Shown here piece after piece: positions 21,583 to 31,285 of a stretch of 32,000 nucleotides of DNA. A program made the position numbers and the translations under genes. Source of the DNA: Candidatus Blochmanniella floridana. Its GTDB lineage: Bacteria; Pseudomonadota; Gammaproteobacteria; Enterobacterales; Enterobacteriaceae. The stretch's first letter is position 1. Every line of letters begins with the position of its first letter. The notes beneath the pieces are model-generated. The model searched no databases, had not been told where the DNA came from, and saw only the letters and a program-made list of their open reading frames with translations. The stretch lies in contig BX248583.1 of assembly GCA_000043285.1 (NCBI GenBank), positions 360,001-392,000 of the forward strand. Direction: 5' to 3'.

Positions 21583-22176
21583 TCAATCAATTATATTATT
21601 TGATATATGCAATTGATTCATAACTTTCACAAAATTATTTAGAACAATATCTTCAGTAAAAAAAACAACTTTGTTTACAATAAAATCAATCTGAATACCT
21701 TCATGCACAGAAGGAATATTTAAAACAAAATTGATAATTTCATTCTTATTACAAGGTCGTCCAATACCTATACGCAACCGATAAAAATCATATCGATTTC
21801 CAAGTTTATCAATAATATTTTGAATACCATGATGACTTTCATTCCTCCTTTTTCCTAACTGAATTTTTATCGTTCCTGGATATAAATCTAGTTCATCATG
21901 TGCTACCAAAATTTCTCTTAAAGATAATCCATAAAAATTAACACATTTAGATACTGATATGCCACTATTATTGACATAAGAATTTGGTATTAATAATTTA
22001 ACTGTATGTTCAAGTATTTGAAATTTTCCTATATATCCACATAATATATTATTATATTTTAAATGAACTTTAAATTTTTGTGATAATAAATAAATATATT
22101 TATGACCACAATTATGTCTAGTATTAATATATTTAGCGCCGATATTACCTATACCTGCAATTAATTTTATTGTCAT
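21583..22176 (-). CDS. pth: Peptidyl-tRNA hydrolase
   Basis: [24 protein letters not shown] aligns with E. coli [35 protein letters not shown]..K...G, HNG...I and F.RLRIGIG.P are also present. Confidence 0.93.
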   Translation of the reverse strand: [197 protein letters not shown]

Positions 22177-22263
22177 TATTTATTCTGATATCAATTATAT
22201 TAATGATTAAACCAAAATTTATAAATTTTTTTATTAAAAAATAAATAATTATCATTATTACGT

Positions 22264-22292
22264 ATGTATATGTTATTATATAACATATACAT
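22264..22292 (-). other. Perfect 12-bp inverted repeat in the prs-pth spacer, a possible transcript-end or processing hairpin
   Basis: ATGTATATGTTA (22264-22275) pairs with TAACATATACAT (22281-22292) around the 5-nt loop TTATA. It lies 36 nt downstream of the prs stop on the minus strand. No immediately adjacent T-run follows on the minus strand, so terminator function is uncertain. Confidence 0.3.
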
Positions 22293-22327
22293 TATTTATT
22301 ATTGTATTAAAAATACAAATATATCGA

Positions 22328-23272
22328 TTATATCGAATAATCAAACATAGCAGAAATTGATTCTTCATTACTAATACGTCGAATTGTTTCTGCAAGCATT
22401 CCAGATAATGTTAAAATCCGTATATTAGGTAATGTACGGATTTTTGATTTTAATGGAATAGTATCACAAATAATAATTTCATCAATCATAGATTTCTGAA
22501 TATTTTCATAAGCATTACCTGAAAAAATAGGATGAGTAGCATAAGCAAATACACGACAAGCTCCTTTATCTTTTAACACATCTGCTGCCTTACACAATGT
22601 TCCACCTGTGTCTATCATATCGTCAATTAATATACAATCCCGATTATATACATCCCCGATAATATTCATAATTTGGGATACGTTAGATCTAGGTCTGCGT
22701 TTATCTATTATAGCCATATCAGTATCGTTAAATAATTTGGCAATGGCTCGAGCACGCATCACTCCTCCAATATCAGGAGATACAACAATAGGATTATTAA
22801 ATTTTTGTTGCAACATATCTTCTAATAAAATTGGACTTCCAAATACATTATCTACCGGTACATCAAAAAATCCTTGTATTTGCTCAGCATGTAAATCCAC
22901 TGTTAAAATACGATCTACTCCAACACTAGATAAAAAATTTGCTACAACTCTAGAAGTGATGGGAACCCTGGCGGATCGTACTCTACGATCTTGGCGAGCA
23001 TAACCAAAATATGGAATTACAGCAGTGATTCTAGCAGCAGACGCTCTTCTTAATGCATCCACCATTACAATTAATTCTATTAGATTATCATTAGTAGGGG
23101 CACAAGTAGATTGAATGATAAAAATATCTCCACCTCGCACATTTTCATTAATTTGCACACTTACTTCTCCATCACTAAATCGTCCTACCGAAGCATTACC
23201 CAAGGTAATATATAATTTATCAGCAATACGTTGTGCTAACTCAGGTATAGCGTTCCCAGTAAACAGTTTCAT
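22328..23272 (-). CDS. prs: Ribose-phosphate pyrophosphokinase (PRPP synthetase)
   Basis: [69 protein letters not shown] and the PRPP-binding loop [14 protein letters not shown] are present. The product is nearly full-length colinear with E. coli Prs. Confidence 0.97.
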
Positions 23273-24183
23273 GATTTAAAAATAATCTTTTTATAATATA
23301 AAAACAATTTTTTAGATAAATCAAACATTATTAAAATATTTAAATTATATTTTATGTAAAGTAGATAAGTATATACTCCTTTTGTTATAATACTTCTTAT
23401 ATAAGACAACAAAGATTTTTTGTATTTGATACGCAAATTTTTATTGATAAACTTCGGGAATATACAATATCCTATTTCTGTTAAATATATTGATGTATAT
23501 CTTGATAAATATATAGAATAAATTTCAATTTCAGAAAATATCTGTCTTACAATTAAATCTAAATCATTATGAAAAGGTATATTCGATAATTCTTGTCTTG
23601 ATCCATATGGAGAATAATTATGACCTGATAATATATATATATTAAAAATTTGAGATGTATTAACTTGAACGCATGACATAAAAGTTACATACCATTTTTT
23701 TTTAGGTAATGATACTGAAATGAATTTCTCTTCTAATCCTTCTCTTAAAGATAAATACTCACTAACAAAAACTGGAAAATTTGCTTTTAACATTAATCCT
23801 AATTTCACTAATACACTTTTTTTAAATAGACATTTCCATCTATAATTTAACACCACTAATGCAGTAGCAGCATTAGAAGAACAACCTCTTAACTCAGATC
23901 CTATAGGTATTTTTGTATTTAAAATCATATCAGATCCAAGCGTTTTAATACCACAATAACTACTTAGTAATTGTGCAATATTCATAATTAAATTATCTTT
24001 AGATAAAGTATTACCCATATTCTTAAATAACCTCATTTTCCATTATGTGTAACAGAAATTTTAATATTATCTCCCTAAATTTATTAACTAAAATAATGTT
24101 GTAAATAATGATAACTATTAGCACAATATCCAGTATATATAAAAAATAGATTCAATTTATTAGATGTAGTATACCTACATCAT
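23269..24183 (-). pseudogene. ispE: Degraded 4-diphosphocytidyl-2-C-methyl-D-erythritol kinase gene. The N-terminal ~65 codons are disrupted and a residual 255-codon ORF remains (23269..24036).
   Basis: The minus strand at 24158->24033 reads KLNLFFIYTGYCANSYHYLQHYFS**I*GDNIKISVTHNGK*. This is residue-for-residue colinear with E. coli IspE [41 protein letters not shown]. In-frame stops lie at 24086-24084, 24083-24081 and 24077-24075. A 1-nt shift in the A4 run at 24039-24036 then joins this frame to ORF 23269..24036 (MRLF... aligns with IRLL...). No in-frame start codon remains upstream. Within the ORF the ATP loop PMGGGLGGGSSNAA has become PIGSELRGCSSNAA, and GADVP (catalytic Asp) has become KANFP. 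Confidence 0.8.
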
Positions 24184-24854
24184 AATAATAATTTCCATAA
24201 TTTATATCAATTATTTATCACAATAAAATACTTACAAATAATAATCACATTAAAATATATTATTATATTATATATATATATTTAATAAAAATTATTAATA
24301 TATTAATATATGAATTCTTCAATAAAACAATAAAATAACTCTAATAATTAAACATTTTTAATTATATTTACTGATTCAATTGCATTTATGTTATTTGATT
24401 ATTTTAGATTTTTCAATTATTAAATTAAATTTTATATATGAATAATATATTTTATACATGAGTATGAACTACATGAAATACTATAAATATTATAATGAGC
24501 ATACATTGAATTATTAATTTTTTTTTATTAACATAGAACAATATATAAATATACTTTATAGATATATTCTATAAGTGATTTCGTTTTATAGTGTATGATG
24601 GAGTATCTATAGAAATTGATTATTAGTCTATATCTTACGTAATATGTATCTAATTATTTACATATAAATATAATAATATATAAAATAACGCTAATTAATT
24701 AATGTGATATATGATTATCATACCGTTTATAATCATATAATTACACATAACTTATTATATTATTGATTCCATATAAATAGAAATAATTAATATTAACATT
24801 GCACTATCGAATTTTTAAAATATTTATCATCCATTAATCAATATACATATTATT

Positions 24855-25931
24855 ATGCATACTATTTTAATAAATAAACTCATGTCTTTAAAACAACGTT
24901 TTTATAAATTAGAAAAATCATTGAACAATTTTAATACTATTAATAATAAAGAATTTTATTCCTTATCCAAGGAACATACATATCTTCATGAAATAATTAA
25001 ATATTTTGAAGAATGGTTAAATATACAAAAAAATATCGTTCATACAAAAGATATGCTGTCTGATATAGATATGCATGATATCGTTCAAGATGAATTAAAA
25101 ATATTAAATACCAGCAAACATAATCTTGAAAATAAAATAAAAATATTATTATTTTCAGATCCTCAAGATCAATATAATTGTTTTATTGAATTACGAGCTG
25201 GTACTGGAGGAAAAGAAGCAGCTATATTTGCAGGAGAATTATTTCGAATGTATTCTCGTTATATAGAAATGCAACGATGGAATATGGAAATTATTCATGC
25301 AACATATGGTGAATGTGGAGGATATAAAGAAATAATTATTAAAGTTCCTGTTCATGGATCATATGGTCAATTAAAATTTGAATCTGGAGGTCATAGAGTA
25401 CAAAGGATACCGAATACTGAGTCACAAGGACGTATTCATACATCTACATGTACGATTGCTGTTATTCCAAATATACCTAATGCTATACTACCAGAAATTA
25501 ATTCTAATGACTTAAGAATAGATACTTTTCGTTCTTCAGGTGCAGGTGGACAACATGTTAATACTACCGATTCAGCAATTCGTATTACTCATATACCCAG
25601 TGGATTATCTGTAGAATGTCAAGATGAACGTTCTCAACATAAAAATAAATCTAAAGCATTATCAGTTTTAAAATCTAGATTATATGCTATAAATATAAAA
25701 CAAAAACAACAAGAAGAATCTAATGTTAGACGGAATTTAATCGGCACTGGAGATCGATCTGACCGTATTCGAACATATAATTTTCAACAGGGCCGGGTTA
25801 CAGATCATCGTATTGCTTTTACTTCATATAAGTTACATGATATCATGAACGGAAAATTAGATATCTTAATACAACCAATCATGTGTAAACATCAGGCTAC
25901 ACTACTTGATCAATTAACACGAGAAAAATGA
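24855..25931 (+). CDS. prfA: Peptide chain release factor 1
   Basis: The GGQ motif lies in FRSSGAGGQHVNTTDSAIRITH. The codon-recognition segment is GGHRVQRIPNTESQGRIHTS. RSQHKNK and DRSDRIRTYNF.QGRVTDHR are present. The product is colinear with E. coli RF1. Confidence 0.97.
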   Translation: MHTILINKLMSLKQRFYKLEKSLNNFNTINNKEFYSLSKEHTYLHEIIKYFEEWLNIQKNIVHTKDMLSDIDMHDIVQDELKILNTSKHNLENKIKILLFSDPQDQYNCFIELRAGTGGKEAAIFAGELFRMYSRYIEMQRWNMEIIHATYGECGGYKEIIIKVPVHGSYGQLKFESGGHRVQRIPNTESQGRIHTSTCTIAVIPNIPNAILPEINSNDLRIDTFRSSGAGGQHVNTTDSAIRITHIPSGLSVECQDERSQHKNKSKALSVLKSRLYAINIKQKQQEESNVRRNLIGTGDRSDRIRTYNFQQGRVTDHRIAFTSYKLHDIMNGKLDILIQPIMCKHQATLLDQLTREK

Positions 25932-26773
25932 TAACTTGGAAAAAATGGTTAGATTGGGCTTTTCTACAATTAAAGAATTCTCTTTCTCCACGAAGAGATT
26001 CAGAAATTATTTTAGAAATAGTAACCAAAAAATCTAGAGAGCAATTGTTAACATTTGAAGAAACTACATTAACACCTGAACAAATTAAAAAATTACAATC
26101 ATTAATTGACCGTAGAAAAAAAAGTGAGCCTATTGCTTATCTAGTTGGTTCAAAGGAATTTTGGTCCCTTAGTTTTAAGATATCACCGGGAGTATTTATT
26201 CCTAGAACGGATACTGAATGTCTGATAGAAGAAGTATTAAATTTAATTCCTGATTGTAATCATTTGAAAGTTTTAGATTTAGGATCTGGGGTTGGCTCAA
26301 TAGCTTTAGCTCTTGCTTCAGAACGCCCAACTTGGAATATTACTGGAATAGATCAACAACAACAAGCTGTAATATTAGCTATTAAAAATCAAAAATCATA
26401 TAAATTTAGAAATGTGGAATTTAAACAAAGTAATTGGTTTACAAAAATAAAGAAAAATAAGTTTCATTTAATTGTTAGTAATCCACCTTATATTAATGAA
26501 CATGATTTACATTTTTTATCGCAAGATATACATTTTGAACCTAAAAGTGCGTTAGTATCACCATACTATGGATTAAAAGATTTAATTATTATTTGCAAAC
26601 AATCTATAAATCATTTATATCCAATGGGATGGTTATGTTTAGAACATGGATGGAATCAAGGAAAATATATAAGAACATTATTACATGCTATTGGATTTAA
26701 CAATATACATACAATATTGGATTATCATCAATATGAGCGTATAACATGTGGACAATGGAAATATTATTCTTAA
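25928..26773 (+). CDS. prmC: Release-factor glutamine N5-methyltransferase
   Basis: The NPPY motif (VSNPPYINE), the SAM-binding motif LDLGSGVGSIALALASERP, and EPIAYL.G..EFWSL are present. The start overlaps the prfA stop as ATGA. The gene follows prfA as in E. coli. Confidence 0.93.
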   Translation: MITWKKWLDWAFLQLKNSLSPRRDSEIILEIVTKKSREQLLTFEETTLTPEQIKKLQSLIDRRKKSEPIAYLVGSKEFWSLSFKISPGVFIPRTDTECLIEEVLNLIPDCNHLKVLDLGSGVGSIALALASERPTWNITGIDQQQQAVILAIKNQKSYKFRNVEFKQSNWFTKIKKNKFHLIVSNPPYINEHDLHFLSQDIHFEPKSALVSPYYGLKDLIIICKQSINHLYPMGWLCLEHGWNQGKYIRTLLHAIGFNNIHTILDYHQYERITCGQWKYYS

Positions 26774-26929
26774 AAATAAATTCTATAATATTTTAAAATA
26801 AAATATTATAATTATAATAAAATTAAAACTCAGAAATTTATTAAATAGTATTAAAAATTGAGTTATTTAATATTATTCAATTATATATATGGATATTAAT
26901 CCATAATTAATAATTATTTATATGCCTAT

Positions 26930-27766
26930 ATGAAAAACATAACAGTTAATATTGGAAATATAAAAATTTCAAATAAATTGCCGTTTGTATTATTTGGAGG
27001 AATGAATGTTCTTGAAAAATATGATACGATAATGCAAGTATGTGAATATTATGTTTCTATAACTCAAAAATTAAATATACCTTATATATTTAAAGCGTCA
27101 TTTGATAAAGCAAATCGAACTTCAATTCATTCGTATCGAGGTCCCGGATTAGAATCAGGATTACGTTTATTTCAAATACTAAAAAAAAAATTTGGAGTAA
27201 AATTAATGACTGATGTACATGAAATTAATCAAGCTCAAATTATATCAGAAGTAGTGGATGTGATACAATTACCAGCGTTTTTAGCACGACAAACTGATTT
27301 AATTAAAGCCATAGCACAAACTGGATCTGTAGTTAATATAAAAAAACCACAATATATGAGTCCTGAACAAGTACAGTATATAGTTAATAAATTTCATTTT
27401 TTTAAAAATAATAAAATTATTTTATGTGAACGAGGTACTATGTTTGGATATAATGATTTAATAGTAGACATTTTAGGGTTGCATAAAATGCAACATGTTT
27501 CAAAAGGGTGCCCAATTATTGTAGATGTCACACACGCGCTACAAACTCGACAACCATATAGTGCAGTATCTGAAGGGAAAAACAGATTACAAATCTTTGA
27601 TCTTGCTAAAGCTAGTATAGCGGTAGGAATAGCTGGTTTATTTATAGAAGCACATCCCGATCCTGATAACGCCAAATGTGATGGTCCTATTGCTCTACCT
27701 TTATATCAACTACCTTGTTTTTTAAACAAGATAAAATTACTCGACACATTAGTTAAATCGTTTTAA
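26930..27766 (+). CDS. kdsA: 3-deoxy-8-phosphooctulonate (KDO-8-P) synthase
   Basis: [58 protein letters not shown] and [21 protein letters not shown] are colinear with E. coli KdsA. Confidence 0.96.
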   Translation: MKNITVNIGNIKISNKLPFVLFGGMNVLEKYDTIMQVCEYYVSITQKLNIPYIFKASFDKANRTSIHSYRGPGLESGLRLFQILKKKFGVKLMTDVHEINQAQIISEVVDVIQLPAFLARQTDLIKAIAQTGSVVNIKKPQYMSPEQVQYIVNKFHFFKNNKIILCERGTMFGYNDLIVDILGLHKMQHVSKGCPIIVDVTHALQTRQPYSAVSEGKNRLQIFDLAKASIAVGIAGLFIEAHPDPDNAKCDGPIALPLYQLPCFLNKIKLLDTLVKSF

Positions 27767-28652
27767 AATATATTTAAATATCGTGTAAATGCGATTTTCA
27801 AAATATTAAACAATATTATAAGTGATATTTCAAAAATGTATTCGGTACGAATATATATTATTATGAGCCAAATATCGATAACGTATTAGAACTTAATCAA
27901 GAAAACTTCCTTTATGTATTATTAATAATAATCTCTCAATTATTACTTAGAATATTATTCATATATATTTGACATATTTATTATACAAATATGTAATTTA
28001 TATATAAATATAATTTTTTAAAAAAAATATCAAAAATCTGCTAATTATGTTAATTATATGCATATGAAATTTTCAATTATTTATACTGATTAATAATTAT
28101 TAACATAATGAAATTAATATTGAATTATATGCAGTAAATGATTAGAATTTCATTACATCAGTTTTAAACATATTATCAAAGATCTTGATAACTAAGTAAT
28201 TGTGTTATAATGTAATTCATTATCTCATAACAATATTTTTGTATAAATATTATACAATATAAACACTATATATTTATATAAATTAAATTATCATTGAAAC
28301 TATATATAATTTAAATAATTTATACTAAATGAGATTACTTGTTCATAAAAATATGCTATTATTAATAGCTATCTATCTCAAATATTAAATAAAAATTATT
28401 TATAACAAACAATACAAGAAATTTTTTCTAGAATAAATAATACTGTTAGTATTGAATTTATTGAATTATATTATAATGCAAATATATTGACATAAATCAT
28501 AAGTTTCATATATCTGAAATTAGCTTATTATTGCTTTAAATTTCATAATATTGCTCGTGTTATATCATCACGATATATATAATATAATAAAAAATTTATG
28601 TAACATATTTTAAAATAACTTAATTAATAATTATAATAAAACACTTGTATAC

Positions 28653-29885
28653 GTGAAAAAAAATCAAAAAATTAAAAAATACGATCATAGAAACCTGTCA
28701 CATCAATTAGATTTATACCACTTACAAGAAGATGCTCCTGGTATGGTATTTTGGCATGTGAATGGATGGACTATATTTCAAGAACTAAAAAATTTTATAC
28801 GAAAAAAATTACAACAATATCAATATCAAGAAGTTAAAAGTCCAACTATGATTGATCGCGTACTATGGAAAAAAACAGGTCATTGGGACAATTACTATGA
28901 ACATATATTTACTACTGATTCAGAAAATCGAAAATATTGTATTAAACCTATGAATTGTCCAGGTCATATTCAAATCTTTAATCATGGTCTTAAAACATAT
29001 AAAGATTTGCCAATACGTATGGCAGAATTCGGTAGTTGTCATAGAAATGAATTATCCGGATCATTACATGGTCTTATGAGGATACGAGAATTTACACAAG
29101 ATGATGCGCATATTTTTTGTGCTCTTACTCAAATACCAAATGAATTATATCATTGTATAAAAATGATGTATGATATTTATCATGTATTTAATTTCAAAAA
29201 GATTATAGTAAAATTATCTACTCGCCCGAAAAAACGTATTGGAGAAGATTCGGTTTGGGACGTCGCAGAACAATATTTATCTGATGTTCTTAAACAAAAT
29301 AATATTGAATTTACATATCAACCAAATGACGGCGCTTTTTATGGGCCGAAAATAGAATTTATTTTACTTGATTCTTTAAAAAGATCATGGCAATGCGGAA
29401 CAATACAATTAGACTTTACTTTACCTAAATTATTAGAGTCAAAATATATAGATAATAATAATTCATATCAAACACCTGTAATAATTCATAGAGCTGTATT
29501 AGGTTCCATAGAACGTTTTATTGGTGTAATTACTGAAGAATATTTAGGATTTTTTCCAACTTGGCTAGCACCAATACAAATTATTATAATGAATGTTACT
29601 GATGGACAAATTTCATACGTTATAGAACTAGCAAAAAAATTATCTAATAAAAATTTTAGAGTAAAAATAGATTTAAGAAATGAGACCATAAGTTTTAAAA
29701 TTCGATCACATATCATCCATCGTATTCCATATATGTTAATTTGCGGAAATGCAGAAATGAATCAAAAAACGGTATCTATTCGTACCTTTCGTGGTAAAAA
29801 TTTTAAAAATTATAAAATAGATATATTTATAGAAAAGCTACAACATGAAATATATAATTATAGTTTTCAACAATTGGAGGAATAA
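28653..29885 (+). CDS. thrS: Threonyl-tRNA synthetase with catalytic core and anticodon-binding domain only. The N-terminal TGS and editing domains are absent.
   Basis: The product, ...[33 protein letters not shown]..., aligns from roughly residue 240 of E. coli ThrRS ([30 protein letters not shown]) to its C-terminus ..QQLEE. The Zn-ligand contexts MNCPGH, QDDAHIF and [11 protein letters not shown] are conserved. The frame is closed by TAA at 28611-28613, and the only plausible start is the GTG at 28653. Confidence 0.9.
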   Translation: MKKNQKIKKYDHRNLSHQLDLYHLQEDAPGMVFWHVNGWTIFQELKNFIRKKLQQYQYQEVKSPTMIDRVLWKKTGHWDNYYEHIFTTDSENRKYCIKPMNCPGHIQIFNHGLKTYKDLPIRMAEFGSCHRNELSGSLHGLMRIREFTQDDAHIFCALTQIPNELYHCIKMMYDIYHVFNFKKIIVKLSTRPKKRIGEDSVWDVAEQYLSDVLKQNNIEFTYQPNDGAFYGPKIEFILLDSLKRSWQCGTIQLDFTLPKLLESKYIDNNNSYQTPVIIHRAVLGSIERFIGVITEEYLGFFPTWLAPIQIIIMNVTDGQISYVIELAKKLSNKNFRVKIDLRNETISFKIRSHIIHRIPYMLICGNAEMNQKTVSIRTFRGKNFKNYKIDIFIEKLQHEIYNYSFQQLEE

Positions 29886-29890
29886 ATATT

Positions 29891-30436
29891 ATTAAAATTA
29901 GTAAAAAGATGCAATCTTTCAGATTGCATCGAATCAATAGAGAAATTACTATTAAAAAAATTAGATTAACTGGTGCTGATGGAAAACAAATCGGAGTTGT
30001 TAATTTTAACGAAGCAATTAAACAAGCTGAAGATTTGGAATTAGATTTAGTTGAAATTAGTCCTAATTCTGATCCTCCAGTGTGTAAAATTATGAATTAT
30101 GGTAAATTTTTATATGAAAAAAATAAATCTACCAAAGAACAAAAGAAAAAACAAAAAATTATTCATATTAAAGAAATAAAATTTAGACCTGGTACTGATG
30201 AAGGAGATTATCAAGTAAAATTACGTAATATAATTAAATTTTTAAATGATGGATATAAAATTAAAATTACTTTACGTTTTAGAGGTGGAGAATTAATACA
30301 CCAACAAATTGGAGTTAGAGTATTACATCGTATCAGTCAAGATTTACATGATTTAATGACAGTTGAAATTTTTCCAAATAAAGTTGAAGGAAGGCAAATG
30401 ACAATGATTTTAGCTCCAAAAAAAAAACCTGTGTAA
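29891..30436 (+). CDS. infC: Translation initiation factor IF-3, with a probable ATT start. Alternative starts are ATT at 29888 or ATG at 29909.
   Basis: ..RINREI....[69 protein letters not shown] and EGRQM.M.LAPKKK are colinear with E. coli IF3. A GGAGG at 29876-29880 (inside the thrS end) lies 7-10 nt upstream of the in-frame ATT ATT at 29888-29893 but 28 nt from the ATG at 29909. Confidence 0.92.
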   Translation: MKISKKMQSFRLHRINREITIKKIRLTGADGKQIGVVNFNEAIKQAEDLELDLVEISPNSDPPVCKIMNYGKFLYEKNKSTKEQKKKQKIIHIKEIKFRPGTDEGDYQVKLRNIIKFLNDGYKIKITLRFRGGELIHQQIGVRVLHRISQDLHDLMTVEIFPNKVEGRQMTMILAPKKKPV

Positions 30437-30530
30437 TTTAATATAATTAAATTAGTTATAGTGTATAAATAAAACCTAATAAATATAAATTAAGAATATA
30501 TTTTAAGTTATGTTAAAGTGAAGGATATAT

Positions 30531-30728
30531 ATGCCTAAAATTAAAACATCGCGGAGCGCTAGTAAAAGATTTAAAAGGTTATCTTCAAATAAATATAAAT
30601 TTAAACACGCATACGCAAGGCACATTCTAACAAAAAAATCTACAAAACACAAACGACACTTGCGCATAAAATCTATTTTATCTAAAAAAAATAACAGAAA
30701 AATCATGAAATATTTACCATATATATAA
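30531..30728 (+). CDS. rpmI: 50S ribosomal protein L35
   Basis: [15 protein letters not shown]... is a typical 65-aa basic L35. The Shine-Dalgarno sequence GAAGGA lies 6 nt upstream. The gene sits between infC and rplT. Confidence 0.93.
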
Positions 30729-30825
30729 TTCTTTAATTTTATTGAACACAAAACGTATAATACATATATGTATGTACATACTATAACTGATAGAGTCGTT
30801 TATTCATTACAGGAGTAAATATATA

Positions 30826-31182
30826 ATGGTTCGAGTAAAAAATAGTGTTACCGCCCATAGTCGGCATAAAAAAATCTTAAAGAGGGCAACTGGATATTAT
30901 GGAGCGAGATCTCGTACATATCGAGTTGCATATCAAGCCATTATAAAAGCTGGTCAATATGCTTATAGAGATCGTAAACAGAAAAAGAGGATATTTCGTC
31001 AATTATGGATTAGTCATATCAATGCAGTAGCTCGCCAATACGGACTATCTTATAATAATTTAATCAATAATTTATATAAATCCTCTATTTATATTAATAG
31101 AAAAATGCTAGCTGAGTTAGCTACATCAGATCAAGTAGCATTTTTAAATTTAGTAAATAACATTAAAATTCACTCAAAATAA
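30826..31182 (+). CDS. rplT: 50S ribosomal protein L20
   Basis: The product starts [40 protein letters not shown]...KR.FR.LWI..INA. At 118 aa it is the same length as E. coli L20. An AGGAG Shine-Dalgarno sequence lies upstream. Confidence 0.95.
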
Positions 31183-31285
31183 CCCTTAATGTTATTATGA
31201 GTAATATATTAAATATGATGTTTGTTATAAAAAAATCAGAATTTTATACTTATAATAATGTTATGAATTAATAGTTACTTCACCA

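Noticed and set aside
25395-25412. The RF1 codon-recognition tripeptide reads P-N-T (RVQRIPNTESQG) instead of the usual P-A-T or P-V-T.
   Set aside because: Stop-codon discrimination depends on the Pro and Thr. The middle residue varies among RF1 family members. The surrounding sequence and the GGQ motif are intact, and TAA and TAG stops are used normally in the window.
27767-28652. I looked for a tRNA, another structured RNA, or a thrS operator-like element in the kdsA-thrS spacer. The small stems found were ATTCG-GTA-CGAAT near 27841-27853 and TCGTG..CACGA near 28554-28572.
   Set aside because: There is no T-loop (GGTTCGAATCC-like) or cloverleaf-compatible segment. The stems are only 5-6 bp. 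The loop sequences do not resemble the tRNAThr anticodon-arm mimic of the E. coli thrS operator.
31197-31271. A small ORF ([24 protein letters not shown]) between rplT and pheS could be a pheM-like leader peptide or attenuator.
   Set aside because: It has only two Phe codons and no run of Phe. No terminator or antiterminator hairpins follow it. The E. coli pheM leader is Phe-rich (FRFFFYF). This is probably a chance ORF in a decayed leader.
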